From: Candidatus Saccharimonadota bacterium
GTDB lineage: Bacteria; Patescibacteriota; Gracilibacteria; UBA4473
Length of the DNA: 32,000 nt
Direction: 5' to 3'
Assembly (NCBI GenBank): GCA_963677105.1
Contig: OY781871.1
Span: 330,001 to 362,000 of the forward strand
The translations under genes were made by a program, and so were the position numbers. Below the pieces are notes generated by a model. It worked only from the letters and a program-made list of their open reading frames with translations, was not told where the DNA came from and made no database searches. This document shows positions 1-8,460 of the stretch, in pieces (position 1 is the first letter of the stretch; each line of letters begins with the position of its first letter).

Positions 1-521
1 AACATTTCTGCTAAACCATTTTTTATTTCTGCCTCTGGAAGTGTTTCCAAAAATTCTGTGCAAATTTCAACACTCACAGGAGTATAAAATGTTCCAAGTT
101 GGTTTTTTCCATGAGCTGTATTCACGCCAGTTTTCGCTCCGATTGAAGCATCTACCATTCCTAACAATGAAGTTGGAACGAGAAGAACATCAATTCCTCG
201 CTGATATATACTCGCGACAAACGCTGTAATATCCGTAACTATTCCTCCTCCAACACCAATTAATAAACTCTTTCGATCCATTCCTTGCTCTGCCATTTTC
301 TGAGAAATATGCAAAGCTGTTTTCATGTTTTTATTTTTTTCTCCTGGTGAAATTTGAAGTATTGAAACTGATTTCAAAGACGTAAAAATTTCTCTTTGAG
401 CCGTATATACATTTTCATCTGTTATACAAATTACCTGCGTGTATTTTGCAGAAACTTTTGCCAAATATTTTTGCAAATCCTTTTTGTTCTCGTGCCAATG
501 AACAGGAGAAACTTCTTTCAT
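1..521 (-). CDS. aroB: 3-dehydroquinate synthase, N-terminal part (gene continues past the left edge)
   Basis: Absent from the ORF track because it is open at the window edge. My minus-strand translation from ATG 521..519 reads [39 protein letters not shown]...[63 protein letters not shown]. It contains the GGGxxxD, VPT(T/S)LL..VD.S.G.KT.VN and GKNxxGxFxxP blocks typical of AroB. Its ATG overlaps the aroC stop (ATGA). Confidence 0.85.
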   Translation of the reverse strand, partial: MKEVSPVHWHENKKDLQKYLAKVSAKYTQVICITDENVYTAQREIFTSLKSVSILQISPGEKNKNMKTALHISQKMAEQGMDRKSLLIGVGGGIVTDITAFVASIYQRGIDVLLVPTSLLGMVDASIGAKTGVNTAHGKNQLGTFYTPVSVEICTEFLETLPEAEIKNGLAEM

Positions 522-1534
522 TTAATTGGGGATGTTGTAGCTCGTGATCGAAGAACATGATCAAGCAATACATGCGCACACATTGCTTCTACAATTGGAA
601 CTGCTCGAAATACAACACATGGATCATGTCGTCCTCCAGGGTTTTCAAGTGTAACTTCTTCTCCGTTTTTATTTACTGTTTGCTGTAATTTTTGAATAGT
701 TGATGCCGGTTTAAACGCTACACGAAAAACAATGTCTTCGCCGTTAGAAATCCCACCAAGAATTCCTCCTGCATTATTCGTAAGAAAAACGGATTTTCCC
801 TGCTTCATTTCCATTTCATCATTATGTTCACTTCCTTTCATACGAGCAGACGCAAATCCACTTCCAATTTCAAATCCTTTTGTCGCTGGAATACTCAGCA
901 TCGCTTTTGCTAAATCTGCTTCTAAACGATCAAAAACTGGAGCACCTAAACCAATTGGAATATTTTTCACTCTACATTCAATAATTCCTCCCACGCTATC
1001 TCCTTCTTTTTTTGCTTGTAAAATGGCTTCCTTTTGTGCTTCTGGAGAAATTTCTCCACCTATTTCTTGTATCTGTGAATCTATTTGTATGTCATGCCAT
1101 TGTTGCAATATCTGTTGCGCAAACGCTCCCGAAACAACTCGTGCAACCGTTTCGCGCGCACTTGATCGTCCTCCTCCACTTTCTGCACAAATTCCATATT
1201 TCATTTGGTATGTGTAATCCGCGTGTCCTGGACGAAATATGTCTTGCAACGCGTCATAATCTTCAGATTTAATATCAGTATTTCGTACCAAAAATCCTAT
1301 CGACGTTCCAAGCGTTGTATTTCCTCGAAATCCTGACAAAATTTCTAAACGATCTTTTTCGTTTCGCGAAGTAGTCAATTCACTTTTTCCTGGACGTCGA
1401 CTATCAAGTTCTTTTTGCACAAGATCTAAATCGATTTTTATTCCCGCTGGAATTCCATCAATTATTCCACCAATGGCTGCTCCATGAGATTCTCCAAAAC
1501 TCGTAATTCGATACAAAAGTCCGAAACTGTTCAT
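518..1534 (-). CDS. aroC: chorismate synthase
   Basis: 338-aa ORF with the chorismate synthase signature blocks [26 protein letters not shown] and GRHDPCV. ATGA overlaps at both ends (aroD stop/aroC start at 1531-1534; aroC stop/aroB start at 518-521). Confidence 0.95.
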   Translation of the reverse strand: MNSFGLLYRITSFGESHGAAIGGIIDGIPAGIKIDLDLVQKELDSRRPGKSELTTSRNEKDRLEILSGFRGNTTLGTSIGFLVRNTDIKSEDYDALQDIFRPGHADYTYQMKYGICAESGGGRSSARETVARVVSGAFAQQILQQWHDIQIDSQIQEIGGEISPEAQKEAILQAKKEGDSVGGIIECRVKNIPIGLGAPVFDRLEADLAKAMLSIPATKGFEIGSGFASARMKGSEHNDEMEMKQGKSVFLTNNAGGILGGISNGEDIVFRVAFKPASTIQKLQQTVNKNGEEVTLENPGGRHDPCVVFRAVPIVEAMCAHVLLDHVLRSRATTSPIK

Positions 1535-2115
1535 TCTAAAAGTTGTTTAAGAATCGCTACGTCAATCTGTCCAGATGCTATCACATGCTCTCGTGAGCTT
1601 GCAAACGTTCCAAATCCAAGCGTCGCAGAAAGAAGTCGCGCCACTTTTCCCATTCGTCCCATTCCCATCAAAAACCATTTTTCTGTTGGTAAATCTTTCG
1701 TGAGTTTCGCGAGGGAAAGAAGATCGTCGAGCGTTTCCTGTTCCACAGACAATTTATAATATTTCGCATTATGAAGCTTCATTTCCTCAATCACTTGTTT
1801 TAATTTCGAACGAGAAAATTCTCCATACTGATGATAGGAAAGCATTGTGTTTTGAGAGGAAATTTCTGAAATATTTTCAATGTCCGTGTTGATGAGATCA
1901 AATTCTGAACATTCAATCTCTTCCTCTGATCGATTCGTAAACAAAACAATCGCTTCTGCAGGAAAAAGAGAACGAAATGAAATCCCTTCCTTTAAAATCT
2001 TCCTTGATAAATCTGCACGAAATTCTAAATATTTTGTATGCTGAAACGCTTCCTGAATATTTTTTTTCAATTCATCTACACTTTCACCAAAAACGGGAAC
2101 AAATATTTTTGTCAT
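1531..2115 (-). CDS. aroD: 3-dehydroquinate dehydratase, type I (short, 194 aa)
   Basis: The track ORF 1531..2328 extends upstream into the aroA::aroE gene. The internal Met at 2115 ([16 protein letters not shown]...) forms an ATGA overlap with the upstream stop. Type I DHQase-like blocks are LEFRAD (E.R.D), LSYHQY (S.H.F), YYKLSV (position of the catalytic Lys in KIA) and [12 protein letters not shown] (M..G..SR). Confidence 0.75.
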   Translation of the reverse strand: MTKIFVPVFGESVDELKKNIQEAFQHTKYLEFRADLSRKILKEGISFRSLFPAEAIVLFTNRSEEEIECSEFDLINTDIENISEISSQNTMLSYHQYGEFSRSKLKQVIEEMKLHNAKYYKLSVEQETLDDLLSLAKLTKDLPTEKWFLMGMGRMGKVARLLSATLGFGTFASSREHVIASGQIDVAILKQLLE

Positions 2116-4136
2116 TGTGTAAGTGGTGTGTGAGTTGCAAGAATTTGTTTCGCCATTTTTACAGAAGGTTTTTCTCCAAAGAGAAACATAAATTGTTTCT
2201 CCCATTGAGCAAGTAAAAAATCTCCTCCCGTAATAATATTGCAATCTAAACGTTTTGCTTGAGACAAAAGTGGTGGAAGAGTTTTTCCATATCCAACACA
2301 AAAAACTGTTTTTATTTCTCCAATCCAAGCATCTGAAACTTCTGGTTCACATCCAAATGGAAGCGTAGAAATGAAAATATCTGGTGACGTATTTTTTTCT
2401 AACGAAGAAAAATCTGTCGTTTTGACTGAAAATTTCTGAGCCAAAATTTCTGCTCTTTCTGGCGTTCTATTTGAAATAATGACTTCTCCATCATGATCTA
2501 AAAGTGATTGAAGTGTTGATTCTGCTGTATCTCCTGCACCAAGTAAGAGTATTTTTGCTCCTGGAAATATGTGTTTTGAAAGTACGTTTTTAATTCCATC
2601 TACATCCGTATTTGTTCCTAAAAGTTTTCCACCTTCTTTCCACAGCGTGTTTATATTTTGGAGGGATCGTGCTGATTCTCCCACGATATTATCGACCAAT
2701 AATGCTGCCGATTTTTTCAATGGAGCTGTAATCGCGAGTCCTTGTATTTTATCATCGGATCGAACCTGGAAAATGAATTTTTCTAATTCATTAGAAAAAA
2801 CCGTTTGTTTTTCAAAGGAAGCATCTATCTTTAAATCCTGAAATACAGCACGATACAATTCCGGTGAAAGTGAATGCACAACTGGATCCCCTATTACAAA
2901 ATATTTTTTCGTTTGAATATTCAATGAATCGAGCACTTTCCAAAATCCTGGAAATGATTTTGAAACTACTTCCGAATTTTTTATTTTCAAATCTGGCAAA
3001 TATACTTGCACCATTCCAAACGCCATTGCCATTCGGTGATCATTATATGTTTCAATCGTTGCAGAATTCGGAATTCCTCCATGAATTGTAATTGAATCTG
3101 AAGTTATTTCCGTTTGAATTCCCATCTTCGATAACTCTGAAGAAAGTGCTTTTAATCGATCGCATTCTTTGAATGGTAATGTATAAAGTCCTGTAAGAAT
3201 CGTTGTTTCATTTTCACAAAACGCTGCTAAAACCGCTAACGTCTGTGCACTATCGGGAAACAATTCACAATCAATGTTCCCTGGACTCTGAATTTTTTCT
3301 TTCGCAGAAATCTGTAATCCGTTTTCTACTTCTTCTGCGGTTGCGCCCATCGTTTTCAACACTGGAAAAATGCGTGCATCTGGCTGAGAAGAATCAAGTG
3401 ATAAATGAGGAATGAAAATTTCTTTTTTTTGTAACAAAGCCGCTCCAATTAAATATCCTGCATTCGCCCAATCTGGTTCTATGAAATATTCTTCCGGAGA
3501 TGAATACGTACCAGAAAGAAAAAATCCGGTTTCTGTTTTTTCTACAGTAACACCAAAATCTGCAAGAATTTTTTGAGTGAGATGAATGTACGAAGAAGAA
3601 ATTATTTTTCCAGTAACGGTCACTTTTTCTACACCAAGTGCTGTTCCGCTCAACAAAACAGAGCTAAGAAACTGACTGCTTTCTGTCGCATCTAATGTAA
3701 TATCTGAAGACACAGAATATTCTTTTATTGTTAGTGGAAGTTCCTCGGAATCTATATCCGCACCTGCATTTTTCAATGAATGGATGAATGAAGAAATTGG
3801 TCGTTGTCGAAGTCGATCAGATCCATCGATTGTTTTTTCTCCTGGAACTAATCCGAGAAAACTTATTAAAAATCGAAGCGGCGTTCCCCCATGTCCGACT
3901 TGAAACATTGATTCTCGAAGAGAAAATATTTTGGGCGGAACGACTTGAATAGTTGTCTCATCCAACGATGTGATTTTTACACCACATTGCCTGAGTGCTT
4001 GTATAAGAGTTTTTACATCATCTCCATCCGGAACATTTTTCAAAATCGTCGGTGCTTTACACAAAGCTGCACAAATAAGTGCTCGTTGCGCAATTGATTT
4101 TGATCCCGGAACAGCATCATACGACAATTTTTTCAT
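2112..4136 (-). CDS. aroA/aroE: bifunctional EPSP synthase / shikimate 5-dehydrogenase fusion (AroA::AroE)
   Basis: Single 674-aa ORF. Residues 1-409 are EPSPS-like (VPGSKSIAQRAL, GGTPLRFL, LRQRPI, NDHRMAMAF). Residues 410-674 are AroE-like (FVIGDPVVHSLSPELY, GLAITAPLK, GTNTDVDG, LLLGAGDTAES, ISNRTPERA). The junction is near 2909. Confidence 0.9.
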   Translation of the reverse strand: MKKLSYDAVPGSKSIAQRALICAALCKAPTILKNVPDGDDVKTLIQALRQCGVKITSLDETTIQVVPPKIFSLRESMFQVGHGGTPLRFLISFLGLVPGEKTIDGSDRLRQRPISSFIHSLKNAGADIDSEELPLTIKEYSVSSDITLDATESSQFLSSVLLSGTALGVEKVTVTGKIISSSYIHLTQKILADFGVTVEKTETGFFLSGTYSSPEEYFIEPDWANAGYLIGAALLQKKEIFIPHLSLDSSQPDARIFPVLKTMGATAEEVENGLQISAKEKIQSPGNIDCELFPDSAQTLAVLAAFCENETTILTGLYTLPFKECDRLKALSSELSKMGIQTEITSDSITIHGGIPNSATIETYNDHRMAMAFGMVQVYLPDLKIKNSEVVSKSFPGFWKVLDSLNIQTKKYFVIGDPVVHSLSPELYRAVFQDLKIDASFEKQTVFSNELEKFIFQVRSDDKIQGLAITAPLKKSAALLVDNIVGESARSLQNINTLWKEGGKLLGTNTDVDGIKNVLSKHIFPGAKILLLGAGDTAESTLQSLLDHDGEVIISNRTPERAEILAQKFSVKTTDFSSLEKNTSPDIFISTLPFGCEPEVSDAWIGEIKTVFCVGYGKTLPPLLSQAKRLDCNIITGGDFLLAQWEKQFMFLFGEKPSVKMAKQILATHTPLTQ

Positions 4137-4441
4137 TCTTGTTTTTCTTGAAACGAAACCGATTCTTCATGAATCAGTGTAAAAAGTTTTTCTATAAATT
4201 CAGGAGAAAGTTCTTTTTTTTCTGCCTGATTTTTCCTCGTCTGAATCATGTGAGAAAAACGTTCTGGTTGTTCTATGGAAATATTTTCTTGCTGTTTATG
4301 TTTTGCAATTGAGTAAACAATTGACTGACGATTTTCCAAAAGATTTATAATCTCACTATCAACAGAATCTATTTGCTGACGAAGAGAATCAAGATGAGAA
4401 GAATTCATGCTATTCAATATAATGTGCTCCAGTAATAACAC
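4133..4441 (-). CDS. chorismate mutase, AroQ class (start uncertain)
   Basis: The C-terminal ~90 aa (MNSSHLDSLRQQIDSVDSEIINLLENRQSIVYSIAKHK...) match the AroQ helix-1 pattern L..lR..ID.iD..i..Ll..R. The track ORF start (4579) would overlap the DAHP synthase gene by 58 nt. Candidate real starts are GTG 4441 (preceded by GAGGAA) or ATG 4408. The stop overlaps the aroA::aroE start (ATGA). Confidence 0.65.
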   Translation of the reverse strand: MLLLEHIILNSMNSSHLDSLRQQIDSVDSEIINLLENRQSIVYSIAKHKQQENISIEQPERFSHMIQTRKNQAEKKELSPEFIEKLFTLIHEESVSFQEKQE

Positions 4442-4521
4442 TGTTTCCTCAAAAAGTCCTAAGTTTTTTCCTTCAAATATTGGAATTATTTGAACTTTGC
4501 ACTTTGTTCTTTGATATTTGG

Positions 4522-5550
4522 CTATAGTTTTTCCGCCAATTGAAGTAAAAGTTCCTTCGTATCTTCCCATCCTAAACATGCGTCTGTGACTGACTTTCCT
4601 GGAACAATTGATTCTTTTTTGAGTGCTTGATTTCCCTCATGCAAAAAACTTTCCATCATCCATCCTTTTACAGAAGAAAAAATAGTCGGCTCACTTTTCA
4701 TCACTTCAACCGTCAACCACAAAACATCAATTTGTTTTTTATAATTTCTTTCTCCTGTTTTATCACGCGAGTTATCATGTCCGGTATCAATCACAAGACT
4801 CTGATTAGTAATTCTTTTTTTATGCAACAATTGTATTGCTTGATTTAAATCTTTCTGAGAAACGTTTCCAGCATTTTTTCCACCCCGCAAAACCAAGTGC
4901 GCATACGGATTTCCAGTCGTTTTCAACTGACTTCCAAACATAGCTAAATAATTTGGAGATTGACACGCTTGAACAGAATTCACTCCCGTAAGAATATCTC
5001 CAGATGTAGGATTTTTCACTCCAATTGGAATTTCTAACAAAGAAGCAAGTACACGATGTTCTTGGTTTTCACTCGATCTCGCACCAATCGCTGCCCACGA
5101 CAATAAGTCTCGAAAATAACTCTGACATCGCGGGAATAAAATTTCATCAGCAATCGGAAGTCCTATTCCCAACACCCGAATCATCATCTCTCGACAATAG
5201 GAAATTCCGTTTGGAATATGTGGTTCAGAAAATGGGTCTGGTTGCACTAAAGGTCCCATCCAACCAACCGTTGTACGCGGTTTTTGTATGTACGTACGCA
5301 TAACAATTTTCAATGTATCTTTCACTTTTTCTGCTACGGGAGCTAGACGTTGAGCATATTCAATCACAGACTCTGAAGGCCAACTACTACATGGCCCCAG
5401 AATCATTATTTTTCGAGAATCTTTTCCCGTTAAAATATTTTCAATTTCTGTACGATCTTGTTGTACTTTTTCCTGTAATTCCAATGAAAGAGGAAGACGA
5501 GTAAAAATTTCTTCATATATTGGTAATGCGTGCTGAACCGTATAAGACAT
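4522..5550 (-). CDS. aroG: 3-deoxy-D-arabino-heptulosonate-7-phosphate synthase, class I-alpha (AroG/F/H type)
   Basis: 342-aa ORF with ILGPCS, KPRTTVGWMG, IGARSSENQEHR, GVKNPTSG, HLVLRGG, DTGHDNS, GWMMESFLHEGNQ and GKSVTDACLGWEDT, which are the conserved blocks of AroG-type DAHP synthases. Which isozyme it is cannot be told. Confidence 0.9.
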   Translation of the reverse strand: MSYTVQHALPIYEEIFTRLPLSLELQEKVQQDRTEIENILTGKDSRKIMILGPCSSWPSESVIEYAQRLAPVAEKVKDTLKIVMRTYIQKPRTTVGWMGPLVQPDPFSEPHIPNGISYCREMMIRVLGIGLPIADEILFPRCQSYFRDLLSWAAIGARSSENQEHRVLASLLEIPIGVKNPTSGDILTGVNSVQACQSPNYLAMFGSQLKTTGNPYAHLVLRGGKNAGNVSQKDLNQAIQLLHKKRITNQSLVIDTGHDNSRDKTGERNYKKQIDVLWLTVEVMKSEPTIFSSVKGWMMESFLHEGNQALKKESIVPGKSVTDACLGWEDTKELLLQLAEKL

Positions 5551-5601
5551 ATGAATTCAAGTATATTTCCCAGGTATTATAGGTCACATTTATTACAATC
5601 A

Positions 5602-6144
5602 CTAATTCGCACAAATATAACACGTTCGGAGGTATTTATTCTTTCCGTCTTCTTTCCATTTTGTGCCATAATCCGCTTCTCTCCAATTATTTGGACAGGT
5701 GCTTGGTTCTTCATTAAACGCTTCGAGATACATCACTGTACAATTACTTGTGGTATAACACGTTCGTTTGTAACTATTTTTTCCTGAATCCATCCAGTTT
5801 TTTCCATAACCAGCTTCCCTCCATCCAGACGGACAACTCGCCGGGATTTCGTTATATTTTTCTAAGTACATAACAATCGCTGGTGGCAGCACATTATTTA
5901 CTTTTTCGTCCACTCTTTGATCATACAGATAAATCATTTTTGAAAACTCCGCGCGATTAATTCCTCGTTCTGGCGCAAATGTACCATCATCGTTTCCATT
6001 AATAATTCCCCAATTTTTTATTTCTCCCACATATTCTGCAAACCAATCATTTCTCCCAACATCAGAGAATATTTTTGCAGCAAATGTCACCGGAATAATG
6101 AGAATGCTAAGAAGGAGTACGAAACCGAGAGTGTGTTTTTTCAT
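5602..6144 (-). CDS. secreted SLH-domain protein with two C-terminal Cys-containing repeats
   Basis: N-terminal signal/anchor (MKKHTLGFVLLLSILIIPVTFAA). SLH-like segment FSDVGRNDWFAEYVGEIKNWGIINGNDDGTFAPERGINRAEFSKMIY. Then two ~40-aa repeats, VMYLEKYNEIPASCPSGWREAGYGKNWMDSGKNSYKRTCY and VMYLEAFNEEPSTCPNNWREADYGTKWKEDGKNKYLRTCY. Confidence 0.7.
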   Translation of the reverse strand: MKKHTLGFVLLLSILIIPVTFAAKIFSDVGRNDWFAEYVGEIKNWGIINGNDDGTFAPERGINRAEFSKMIYLYDQRVDEKVNNVLPPAIVMYLEKYNEIPASCPSGWREAGYGKNWMDSGKNSYKRTCYTTSNCTVMYLEAFNEEPSTCPNNWREADYGTKWKEDGKNKYLRTCYICAN

Positions 6145-6176
6145 TGTAAATGAGTTAGTAGTAATTTTTATATGAG

Positions 6177-6208
6177 CAGAATCAGGCAGGTGTGATTCTG
6201 ATTTTTTT
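6177..6208. terminator. hairpin (8-bp stem cagaatca/tgattctg, 8-nt loop) with flanking T-run; possible terminator between the small-ORF array and the SLH gene
   Basis: Stem 6177-6184 pairs with 6193-6200, and a T-run lies at 6202-6208 on the + strand. The U-tract is on the + strand while both neighbouring genes are on the minus strand, so its role as a minus-strand terminator is uncertain. Confidence 0.3.
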
Positions 6209-6212
6209 ATTT

Positions 6213-6659
6213 TTATGGAGAAAAAGAATTAGAATTAAGATACTCTAATTCATACCAAGCCTTCCATCGATTAGAAATATCTTGCCAATATTCTTCTCCA
6301 TCTGAAAAATTTCCAAAATCATTCTTGGTAACTCTTTGTAATATAGCAGAAACTCCATATGCTACAGGTAACTGCTCTCCCTTGCCCCATATTGAACTTC
6401 CCTCTTCAAAATCATCTATATTAGAAATTAACACAGCTATCTGCTCTGGGGTATTTATGTTTTCATATTTCACATAAAGATCATAAGTTGCACTTAATCG
6501 AACACTCGGTGTCATCCATTCAGAGTTTAGTTGCCACATAGGGTACCATACCGTTTTATAAAGAAGTACATAATGAGTTATTAACAATACAAAAGGAAAA
6601 ACTAACAAGAGAATGATGCCTTTTTTAATTTTTTTGGATTCCAATTTATTCAACAACAT
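6213..6659 (-). CDS. hypothetical membrane-anchored protein (candidate orphan immunity protein)
   Basis: 148-aa ORF. A basic N-terminus is followed by a hydrophobic helix (KKGIILLLVFPFVLLITHYVLLY). It is the last of five consecutive small minus-strand ORFs after the Rhs gene, 5 nt after the preceding ORF. No recognisable domain. Confidence 0.55.
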   Translation of the reverse strand: MLLNKLESKKIKKGIILLLVFPFVLLITHYVLLYKTVWYPMWQLNSEWMTPSVRLSATYDLYVKYENINTPEQIAVLISNIDDFEEGSSIWGKGEQLPVAYGVSAILQRVTKNDFGNFSDGEEYWQDISNRWKAWYELEYLNSNSFSP

Positions 6660-6664
6660 ATTAA

Positions 6665-7261
6665 TTATAATGAAGAAAAAAGATCTTCCATATCAATTCG
6701 TTCTTTAGGATATTCATATATTGAATCCCAATATTTCATCTTCCATTTCTTAAATCCTGATACATTATGATGATTTATCTTTCTCTCCCACTTTCCTTCT
6801 TTTTCTAATTCATAAACTTCTTCTAATCGAGAAAATATTCTTTGAGACAATTCATCCATTTCATTTTTCTTCCTAAAATAGATAATCTTTCCTACCTTTT
6901 GATTTATTTTTACATATCTAGTTTGACGATCTGGATGTCCTTTCTCTAAAGTTCTAAGCTCCTCATCAACTTCAAAATTATATTTTCCATTCTCCTGCCA
7001 CGACACCTCTGATATGAAAGAGTCAAATGGTATGGAATATACATATATATAAGGATCATTAAACGTATATCTCAACTGTTCATCATACATAATATTTGGA
7101 GGATACCATTTTCTAGGTCTTGCTGAACTAAAATCAATATTTCCATTCTGACATTCATCAATCCTATATCTTCCTATTAAATCTATTTTCCAACAATCAA
7201 AGAATCCTGCAAATCCTGATAAGAAAACAAATGCTCCGATACCAAAAATTATTCTTTTCAT
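6665..7261 (-). CDS. hypothetical exported protein (candidate immunity protein)
   Basis: 198-aa ORF with a signal-like N-terminus (MKRIIFGIGAFVFLSGFAGF). It lies 2 nt after the preceding ORF. No recognisable domain. Confidence 0.55.
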   Translation of the reverse strand: MKRIIFGIGAFVFLSGFAGFFDCWKIDLIGRYRIDECQNGNIDFSSARPRKWYPPNIMYDEQLRYTFNDPYIYVYSIPFDSFISEVSWQENGKYNFEVDEELRTLEKGHPDRQTRYVKINQKVGKIIYFRKKNEMDELSQRIFSRLEEVYELEKEGKWERKINHHNVSGFKKWKMKYWDSIYEYPKERIDMEDLFSSL

Positions 7262-7263
7262 TT

Positions 7264-7668
7264 TTATTTTTTCTTATTAGTTCCAATTTTATAAATGATT
7301 TTTATATCTTTATATTCTTTAAGTTGTTGAAAAACTTTTTCATCCAAACATTCATCGCAAGATATTATCAATTGATTTCCTTTTAATTGCAGAGTTAATT
7401 CATCTAAATCATATTTTCCTTTCACAACAAATAAGCTTTCATCATTAATCCTTATTATTGTAGAATAGTCCGTTGTTGCGCCACAATTTACTATTTCATG
7501 AATGATTCCTAAGTTTTCATATACAATTTTTTCTACCTCCTCTACTCCACATGATGGATTCATAAAAACAAATATTCCAATCGAAAACCAGATCCCTATT
7601 CCCAAAACCAATACTCCCAAAAAAACAAAAACTATAGTCCATAAACGATTCCTCTTATTTTTTTTCAT
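7264..7668 (-). CDS. hypothetical membrane-anchored protein (candidate immunity protein)
   Basis: 134-aa ORF. A basic N-terminus is followed by a long hydrophobic segment (LWTIVFVFLGVLVLGIGIWFSIGIFVF). It has a 4-nt overlap with the upstream ORF. Confidence 0.55.
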   Translation of the reverse strand: MKKNKRNRLWTIVFVFLGVLVLGIGIWFSIGIFVFMNPSCGVEEVEKIVYENLGIIHEIVNCGATTDYSTIIRINDESLFVVKGKYDLDELTLQLKGNQLIISCDECLDEKVFQQLKEYKDIKIIYKIGTNKKK

Positions 7669-8090
7669 TTTTCCTGCTTTCTAAAAGTATTAACGCTCGT
7701 CCATTCAATCTCATTATTGTACGACAAGCTTTTTAATTTAGTTAAAAAATCATCCTCAGTTTCAAACGGTCCATATTGGGCTTGATCTAAAAGATCTATA
7801 ATCCACCAATAAGTTGTTTTATAATCTGGAATTTTATAATTATTCTTAGAACTCTCTGGATATTTTCGCACTGTAACTGGATTTGTTTTCGCAAAAACAA
7901 ACCTTTTGTTCCATGAAAGTTCATATACTTTTCTTTCAATACGTACTTCATTCATACAAGAAATTTCAATAGTATGAACATTGGCCCTGTTTAAAGAACA
8001 TTGATCATTAATTTCATACATATAATCTGCTACCCCTGGAGCACAACCTATTAATAGCATAACCGTTAAAAATATATATGATTTTCTCAT
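7665..8090 (-). CDS. putative lipoprotein (candidate immunity protein)
   Basis: 141-aa ORF. The signal peptide ends in a lipobox-like LLIGC (MRKSYIFLTVMLLIGCAPG). Confidence 0.6.
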   Translation of the reverse strand: MRKSYIFLTVMLLIGCAPGVADYMYEINDQCSLNRANVHTIEISCMNEVRIERKVYELSWNKRFVFAKTNPVTVRKYPESSKNNYKIPDYKTTYWWIIDLLDQAQYGPFETEDDFLTKLKSLSYNNEIEWTSVNTFRKQEK

Positions 8091-8106
8091 TTGAAATTAG
8101 TTAGAA

Positions 8107-8460
8107 TTAAAATCCTTCTTGAAAACGCACACCAGAAGATTTTCCTTCTATGAGAGATACTATACATTTTTCCTCTAAATCAAACATCGCCAATATTGTA
8201 TTTGGGAAAAATATTAAATATTTCTTTTTTCCTTTTGTTTTTATAAATTCATAATTCAAAAACTTTTCCTCTAAAATATCTTTTATTTTTTCTGTGCTTA
8301 GATTAACAAGTGCATCCTTGTTACAAGTTTCGACAAAACGAGAATACTGATTCCTCTCGCGAATCACTGTCCCCGCTATTAAAATCGCTAAAACAATAAT
8401 TACGGCTATAAGGTGTCGAAAAGCTTTTTTAATCATTATCTTCATCATTATCATCGTCAC
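8107..8460 (-). CDS. hypothetical single-pass membrane protein, first gene after the Rhs toxin (prime immunity candidate)
   Basis: 117-aa ORF. Several in-frame Met codons (MTMIMMKIMIKK) lie inside the last codons of the Rhs gene, so the true start may be as late as 8436. The TM helix IAVIIVLAILIAGTVI follows a basic stretch, so positive-inside logic puts the C-terminal domain outside the cell. Confidence 0.6.
   Translation of the reverse strand: MTMIMMKIMIKKAFRHLIAVIIVLAILIAGTVIRERNQYSRFVETCNKDALVNLSTEKIKDILEEKFLNYEFIKTKGKKKYLIFFPNTILAMFDLEEKCIVSLIEGKSSGVRFQEGF

Noticed and set aside
41-229. 62-aa + strand ORF at the left edge
   Set aside because: It lies antisense inside the clearly AroB-like minus-strand reading frame, and its translation has no motif. 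It is a shadow ORF.
732-1272. Two + strand ORFs (161 aa and 86 aa) inside aroC
   Set aside because: They are antisense to a chorismate synthase gene with intact signature blocks. Their proteins are Cys/Pro/Ser-rich and look like nonsense.
2116-2328. Upstream 71-codon extension of the aroD ORF (track start 2328)
   Set aside because: It overlaps the 3' end of aroA::aroE in another frame and translates to MDWRNKNSFLCWIW..., which is not DHQase-like. The Met at 2115 gives an ATGA junction like the rest of the operon.
4442-4579. N-terminal extension of the chorismate mutase ORF overlapping the DAHP synthase gene by 58 nt
   Set aside because: The AroQ homology starts only near MNSSHLDSLRQQID. The extension has no recognisable features, and a GTG with a GAGGAA upstream (4441) or ATG 4408 are more plausible starts. 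It is not fully excluded.
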